From: Desulfobacterales bacterium | GTDB taxonomy: Bacteria; Desulfobacterota; Desulfobacteria; Desulfobacterales; UBA5616 | Length of the DNA stretch: 64,000 nt | NCBI GenBank assembly: GCA_046483495.1 | Contig: JAWODC010000001.1 | Span: 96,001-160,000 of the forward strand | Direction: 5' to 3' | Shown: piece by piece, positions 58,735 through 64,000 of the stretch | Layout of the letters: each line of letters begins with the position of its first letter | Numbering within the stretch: the stretch's first letter is position 1 | The notes under the pieces: generated by a model | The model's input: only the letters and a program-made list of their open reading frames with translations | Databases searched by the model: none | What the model was told of the DNA's origin: nothing | Translations under genes and position numbers: made by a program

Positions 58735-59637
58735 TCAAAACCTTTTAATTTTACTGACTTCAATGTTCCCCAACAATCCGCTCGGCCTGAAAAACAGCAC
58801 CCCCAAAAGTACGATGAGTGCAAAGGCATCCTTGTATCCCGAAGACAGCAGGCCCGCACCGAACGATTCGATGATTCCCAAAATCAATCCGCCGATAATC
58901 GCACCGGGGAAACTGCCTAATCCCCCCAGAATCACGGCACCGAATCCCTTGACGGCGAGCATGGCGCCGCGGTCGTATTCCATAAACGATATCGGCGTGA
59001 TAATGATGCCGGCAACGGCACCGATGGCAGCGGACAACGCAAATGACAACAGCACCATTTTATTGACGTTGATGCCGACAAGCCTTGCGGCCCCGGCATT
59101 GTCCGAACATGCTCTCATGGCCTTTCCGGTTATGGATCGTTCGAAAAAAAGGCTCAGTCCGAGTACGATCAGGAGCAAGAAACCGACAACCCACAGGTAT
59201 TGGGGTTGAATGACGGCACCAAAAAACTGAATCGGGGTTCGGCCGGAAAAGGCGGGGAGATCATACGGGTCCTTTCCCCAAAAGTACATGGCAAGGCCTC
59301 TGATGATAAACGACGCCGCAAGCGTGGTAATGATCAGCGTCAACACGGAAGGCTGCCGGATGGGGCGAATCGCCAGGCGATCCACTAGAATTCCCACCAT
59401 CGTTACGATACATACCGTCCCGATAAAAGCGATAATTAATGGCAGGTGCAACGCAACATGGAGGCCGACCATTGTCAGGCCGCCCAATACGACGAATTCA
59501 CCCTGAGCGAAATTGATGATTTCGGTCACATCATAAATAATATTGAAGCCGATGGCGACCATGGCATAAATGCTGCCGACGGTGATGCCGGTAATGAGAT
59601 ACTGAAACAGCTGTCCTGCAATTGTAATCTGATCCAT
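58735..59637 (-). CDS. livH: Liv-type ABC transporter permease
   Basis: GSIYAMVAIG, INFAQG, GKAMRA, ILGGLGS. Confidence 0.92.
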   Translation of the reverse strand: MDQITIAGQLFQYLITGITVGSIYAMVAIGFNIIYDVTEIINFAQGEFVVLGGLTMVGLHVALHLPLIIAFIGTVCIVTMVGILVDRLAIRPIRQPSVLTLIITTLAASFIIRGLAMYFWGKDPYDLPAFSGRTPIQFFGAVIQPQYLWVVGFLLLIVLGLSLFFERSITGKAMRACSDNAGAARLVGINVNKMVLLSFALSAAIGAVAGIIITPISFMEYDRGAMLAVKGFGAVILGGLGSFPGAIIGGLILGIIESFGAGLLSSGYKDAFALIVLLGVLFFRPSGLLGNIEVSKIKRF

Positions 59638-59888
59638 TTTCGGCGTTGCCCGATTTTTGTGTTCCGGCCGGTATACCGGAGACCTCGATGGTAAACAACG
59701 ATTAAAAAAATGAGGGCGGTGCCCGGCACTCACCCTCGAGGATCGGCGTATCGACAAATCCGGACAATTTTTCCACAGCCGCCAAGCTGTGCGCCGGTTA
59801 AGCGCCGCAAGATCCGTTTATCGCAGCCGTTATTTTCGGCGAACGTCGCTTTTTTGCAAGCACCTGGATGTGATGAACCGCTGCCGTG

Positions 59889-61061
59889 TCAGTCCGCAAG
59901 CGCCCAGTCACCGTCTTTAACGACCACCATATTAAAAGAGGTCTCCGTGGTCAGTCCGTTGTGGTCATCCGGGCTGAAATTAAAAATGCCGTGCTGACCG
60001 ACAAACCCTTTCGTATCTTCGATATGCTCCCGAATAGCCGCCTTATCGCACCCCGCTTCGGCAAGGACATCCGCAACCAGTTTGAGCGCATCCCAGGCAT
60101 GACCTCCAAAAGAACTCAACGGTTCGTCATAAGTGGACTGGTATTGCTTCAGGTAGGTCATGGTAACCTCTTTTTGCGGATGGTCTTCGGGCAGAATCTC
60201 GGCAATATTGCATGCACCCAGCGGGCAATAGACGCCTTCGGCGGCACCGGCTGCCAATTCGATGTTTTCACGGCTGCCGAACCCATGGCTTTGGTAGAAT
60301 TCGATGTCCGTCATGCCCAGATCCCGACAATTTCGAAGAACGGTCACTTGTGTGGGGCCGATGGACCAATTTACGATGGCCTGGGGCGCTTTGCCTTTTA
60401 TTTTTGTCAATTGGGCCGTCATATCGGTGTCTTTGGGACCGTATTTTTCATCCGCGACGATCTCCATGCCGAAATCCGGGGCCATCCGGAGCAGCTCTTC
60501 TCTGCCGCTGGCCCCATAGCCGGTGGTCCCGGAAAGGATGGCGATACTGCTGATCCCCTTCTTTTTCATATGATTATAGATGGCCTCTACCGCCATGCTG
60601 TCGGACTGCGGCGTCTTGAACACCCATTTATACGGCTTTCCGGTTTTCTCGTTGTGAACGATCTTATAGCTGGCAGCGCACGAAACCAGCGGAATTTCAT
60701 GCTGCTGCACAACCGGAATCACGGCAAAAGAAAGGCCGCTGATGGAAGGGCCGATCACCGCACAGACCTTATCTTTCGTGATCAGCTTCTTTACAGCAAG
60801 GTTACATTTGGTGGCATCGCCCTCGTCATCATAGACAATCAAATCCAGCGGATGTCCGTTGATGCCGCCGGACTTGTTTATCTCTTCTGCAAGCATGACG
60901 GCTGTCTTCTTTTCAGGATCTCCCAAAAAAGAAGCCCGACCGGTAACCGAAAAAACGGCACCCACTTTGTAGGGCTCTTTTTCGGCAATCGCCGGACCCT
61001 CAGCCCACGCCAGCCCCATCAGGCAGACTGAAACAACTGCGACAACTTTCGTGAATTTCAT
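59889..61061 (-). CDS. Liv-type ABC transporter substrate-binding protein
   Basis: Signal peptide, SVTG..LG, INKSGGING, YDDEGD, FNFSPDDHNG. Confidence 0.9.
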   Translation of the reverse strand: MKFTKVVAVVSVCLMGLAWAEGPAIAEKEPYKVGAVFSVTGRASFLGDPEKKTAVMLAEEINKSGGINGHPLDLIVYDDEGDATKCNLAVKKLITKDKVCAVIGPSISGLSFAVIPVVQQHEIPLVSCAASYKIVHNEKTGKPYKWVFKTPQSDSMAVEAIYNHMKKKGISSIAILSGTTGYGASGREELLRMAPDFGMEIVADEKYGPKDTDMTAQLTKIKGKAPQAIVNWSIGPTQVTVLRNCRDLGMTDIEFYQSHGFGSRENIELAAGAAEGVYCPLGACNIAEILPEDHPQKEVTMTYLKQYQSTYDEPLSSFGGHAWDALKLVADVLAEAGCDKAAIREHIEDTKGFVGQHGIFNFSPDDHNGLTTETSFNMVVVKDGDWALAD

Positions 61062-61124
61062 CGCCCCTCCTTTTGATCTGGTGTCCACCCGTTTCCGAAT
61101 GGCCACAAATTTGATGATATGGGG

Positions 61125-61556
61125 TTACATGCGATGCACTTTATCACCGCTGATGATGGTGACCCCATGGTCGGTCAATACCTTTATCGCCTCATCGGTG
61201 TTGTCGAATCGAAAAACCATTACCGCATGGCCGTTTCTCTGGGTCACTAAAGAGTACATGTATTCAACGTTCAGTTTGGCCCTGTTGAGTATCTCCAAAA
61301 TCGTGTTCAAGCCGCCCGGCTTGTCTTCCACCTCGACCACGACCACATTGGTTTTGCCGACGCTGAAACCACTGTCCTTAAGTGCTTTTTCAGCCTTTTC
61401 ATTGCTGTCGACGATCAGGCGCAGAACCCCGAATTCGGATGTATCGGCGACCGACAGCGCCCTGATATTCACCCCCGCCTCACTAAGGATGGCCGTCACT
61501 TCGGCGAGGCGCCCCGCCTTGTTTTCCAGAAAAATTGAAATCTGTTCTACTTTCAT
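61125..61556 (-). CDS. Tandem ACT domain protein
   Basis: QISIFLENKAGRL..NIRALSVADT, DKPGGL..NVEYMY; typical neighbour of paaK. Confidence 0.9.
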   Translation of the reverse strand: MKVEQISIFLENKAGRLAEVTAILSEAGVNIRALSVADTSEFGVLRLIVDSNEKAEKALKDSGFSVGKTNVVVVEVEDKPGGLNTILEILNRAKLNVEYMYSLVTQRNGHAVMVFRFDNTDEAIKVLTDHGVTIISGDKVHRM

Positions 61557-61617
61557 GATTTCCTCCTTTAAAGGAAGATACGCATCCGGAGATAATTTCC
61601 ACCGAGGAGAATCGACA

Positions 61618-62919
61618 CTAAATGGTGCGGTGATCGATGACCCTTACCGCTTTTCCTTCACTCCGGGCGATGGTTTTGGGTTCCACCAGTTTAACCTTGG
61701 CCGAAACCCCGAGATAATCCTTGATGTTCTTGGATATTTTCTTTTCTTCATCCTGAAGAACCTTTACCTCGTCTGAAAACAGGCGCTCCCCCACCTCGAC
61801 CAGGATCGTCAATACATCCAGATTGTCCTCGCGGTCGACAATCAGCTGGTAATGCGGCTCGATGCCCTCCGTTTCCATCAAAACGCTCTCGATCTGGGAT
61901 GGAAACACATTCACCCCTCGGATAATGATCATATCATCGGTCCTGCCGCTGACTTTATGCATTCGGATATGCGTGCGGCCGCACGCGCACGGTTCCGGAT
62001 TCAGCGACGTGATATCGCGGGTTCGGTATCGGATGACCGGAAAAGCCTCCTTGGTAATCGACGTAAATACGAGTTCTCCCGTTTCACCGTAGGGCAGCAC
62101 CTCTCCGGTAGCGGGATCGATGATTTCAGGAATGAAATGATCTTCGAAAATATGAAGCCCCTGCTTCATCTCGTGGCATTCCATGGAAACTCCGGGGCCC
62201 ATCACTTCGCTCAAGCCGTAAATATCCACGGCCGTCAACCCCAATTTTTCTTCGAGTTCCATCCGCATGTGTTCAGACCACGGCTCGGCACCGAATATAC
62301 CGAATTTGAATTTAAAATCCCTGAACGATACGCCCAAATCTTCCGCAACCTCGGCCAGGTGCAGTGCATATGATGGGGTCGACGTCAGAATCGTGGGCCC
62401 GAAGTCTTTCATCAACGTGATCTGCCTTTTCGTATTCCCGCCGCTGACCGGGATGACGGATGCCCCGAGCTTTTCAGCACCATAGTGTATGCCGAGCCCA
62501 CCGGTAAACAGACCGTAGCCGTATGCGTTGTGGATGATATCCCCTCGATTTGCACCTCCCGCCGAAAGTGAACGGGCCATTAGTTCCGCCCATGTCTTGA
62601 TGTCCCGGGCCGTGTATCCGACAACCGTGGGTTTTCCGGTGGTCCCGGATGAGGCATGGATGCGTACGATGTTGTCCATGGGGACGGCGAACATGCCGAA
62701 TGGATAATTGTCGCGCAAATCCAACTTCGTGGTAAACGGAAGCCGGCTTAAATCCCGGAGGTTTTCGATATCTTGGGGTTTAACTCCATGCTTGTCGAAA
62801 CTTTTTCGGTAAAACGGTACATTGTAATATGCTCTTTCAACTGTCGCTTTAAGCCTCCTGAGTTGAATGATTTCAAGATCTTCCCTGGGCATGGTTTCAA
62901 ACCCGATGTCGAGAATCAT
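61618..62919 (-). CDS. paaK: Phenylacetate-CoA ligase family protein
   Basis: [53 protein letters not shown]. Confidence 0.92.
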   Translation of the reverse strand: MILDIGFETMPREDLEIIQLRRLKATVERAYYNVPFYRKSFDKHGVKPQDIENLRDLSRLPFTTKLDLRDNYPFGMFAVPMDNIVRIHASSGTTGKPTVVGYTARDIKTWAELMARSLSAGGANRGDIIHNAYGYGLFTGGLGIHYGAEKLGASVIPVSGGNTKRQITLMKDFGPTILTSTPSYALHLAEVAEDLGVSFRDFKFKFGIFGAEPWSEHMRMELEEKLGLTAVDIYGLSEVMGPGVSMECHEMKQGLHIFEDHFIPEIIDPATGEVLPYGETGELVFTSITKEAFPVIRYRTRDITSLNPEPCACGRTHIRMHKVSGRTDDMIIIRGVNVFPSQIESVLMETEGIEPHYQLIVDREDNLDVLTILVEVGERLFSDEVKVLQDEEKKISKNIKDYLGVSAKVKLVEPKTIARSEGKAVRVIDHRTI

Positions 62920-63014
62920 TTTCCTAAGCCTCCTCATCTATTTCGGATACGATCCGGGATCCTCAAACCCGCTTTCCCTGATGGCGGCACAATGCCTTAG
63001 AAAAAGCGGGGTGT

Positions 63015-63803
63015 TTATTTCAATTTGCCCTTGAATTCAGCCTTTCGCTTTTCCAGAAACGCCGCTGTTCCCTCTTTCGCATCCTCGCTGGAAAAACATA
63101 GAGCGAATTCGTTGATTTCCATCTCACATCCCGAGGCTATGTCCACATTCATTCCGGTATTGATTGCATGCTTTGCCGCACGCAACGACACCCGGCCTTT
63201 CGAGCATATCTCACGGGCTGTTTTATAGACTTCTTCCATGAGCAGTTCCGGCGTGCAGACCCGGTTTACCATTCCAATCCGAAGGGCTTCATCAGCGGAA
63301 ATGAGCTTTCCGGTAAAGATCATCTCCTTTGCGGTATTCGTCCCGATCAGGCGGGACATTCTCTGGGTGCCGCCGAACCCGGGGATCAGTCCCAGGTTAA
63401 TTTCGGGAAATCCGAATTTGGCATTCGAAGAGGCATAAATGAAGTCGGAGGCCAATGCAATTTCGCTCCCGCCTCCGAGTGCAAAACCGTTTGCCGCAGT
63501 GATTACCGGGATAGGAAGTTCCTGAAGCTTGCTGATGATCATGTGGCCCTTTTTGGAAAAAAGCCTGCTTGCCAGCGAATCGAAAACGGCCAGTTCCGAG
63601 ATGTCGGCGCCGGCGACGAATGCCTTTTCACCGGCCCCCGTAAGGATCAGCACACGAATGCCGTCATCGGATTTTACAGCATCCAAAACATGGGATAATT
63701 CGTCCAGCAGGGCAGAATTGATGGCATTCAAGGCCTTGGGACGATTAAAAGTGATTATGCCGATACCTTCGTCAACAGAAAATAAGATCGTTTCATACGT
63801 CAT
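63015..63803 (-). CDS. Enoyl-CoA hydratase (crotonase)
   Basis: NRPKALNA, AFVAGADI, GGGSE and FPE (both catalytic Glu), PGFGGTQR. Confidence 0.93.
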   Translation of the reverse strand: MTYETILFSVDEGIGIITFNRPKALNAINSALLDELSHVLDAVKSDDGIRVLILTGAGEKAFVAGADISELAVFDSLASRLFSKKGHMIISKLQELPIPVITAANGFALGGGSEIALASDFIYASSNAKFGFPEINLGLIPGFGGTQRMSRLIGTNTAKEMIFTGKLISADEALRIGMVNRVCTPELLMEEVYKTAREICSKGRVSLRAAKHAINTGMNVDIASGCEMEINEFALCFSSEDAKEGTAAFLEKRKAEFKGKLK

Positions 63804-64000
63804 GATGCTCTCCTGATCCACAATCCATACAGGTTTGCTGCGTTAAGGCCGATGCCGGATGGAAATTCGGTTAATTTTTCAATCACTATCCGGCACGTTG
63901 GGCATTTACCATTTCTATGTCCCCGGCGTCAACCGGTTGTTCCACTTTTTTGATTGATATTCGATAGCTTGTTGGGATTCGTTTCCGTAATATAGGCTTT

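Noticed and set aside
1..64000. CRISPR arrays, tRNA/rRNA genes, transposases, selenocysteine read-through
   Set aside because: No regularly spaced repeats, cloverleaf or rRNA signatures, transposase motifs or TGA-split redox genes were seen by eye; a covariance-model scan would be needed to exclude small RNAs

Overview
Bacterial chromosomal segment with no rRNA, tRNA, CRISPR array or intact mobile element that I can recognise. Gene content (HdrD-like, NarI-like, multiheme cytochrome c, class I BCR-like, GAF-PilB, PaaK-ACT-Liv) suggests an anaerobic Desulfobacterota-type organism; this is inference. Left part (1-22 kb) is acyl-CoA catabolism: a truncated, divergent B12-dependent acyl-CoA mutase large subunit opposite a TetR in an AT-rich stretch, an RND pump, an ACAD11-type dehydrogenase operon, etfBA, a four-gene benzoyl-CoA-reductase/2-hydroxyacyl-CoA-dehydratase-like module, a DUF362 Fe-S protein and ADP-forming acyl-CoA ligase alpha subunits. 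The centre (22-42 kb, all minus strand) is a large lipoate-centred locus: two TPP E1 alpha/beta pairs, E2, lipB, a Zn-alcohol dehydrogenase, lpd and lipA. These are followed by tightly coupled genes for an 11-heme cytochrome c/NarI-like fusion, a GcvH/LbpA-like lipoyl carrier and an HdrD-like protein, then htpG and a second lipoylation route (sLpl(AB), LipS1, LipS2). This candidate membrane-bound 'dihydrolipoyl-protein:quinone/cytochrome oxidoreductase' is the most interesting system here. The right part (42-64 kb) is mostly housekeeping (tsaB, lon, pilD, rsmG, maf, yggS, queH, M48 protease, PilB-like ATPase, Liv-type ABC transporter, paaK, enoyl-CoA hydratase). All calls rest on motif recognition without database searches; start codons are best estimates.
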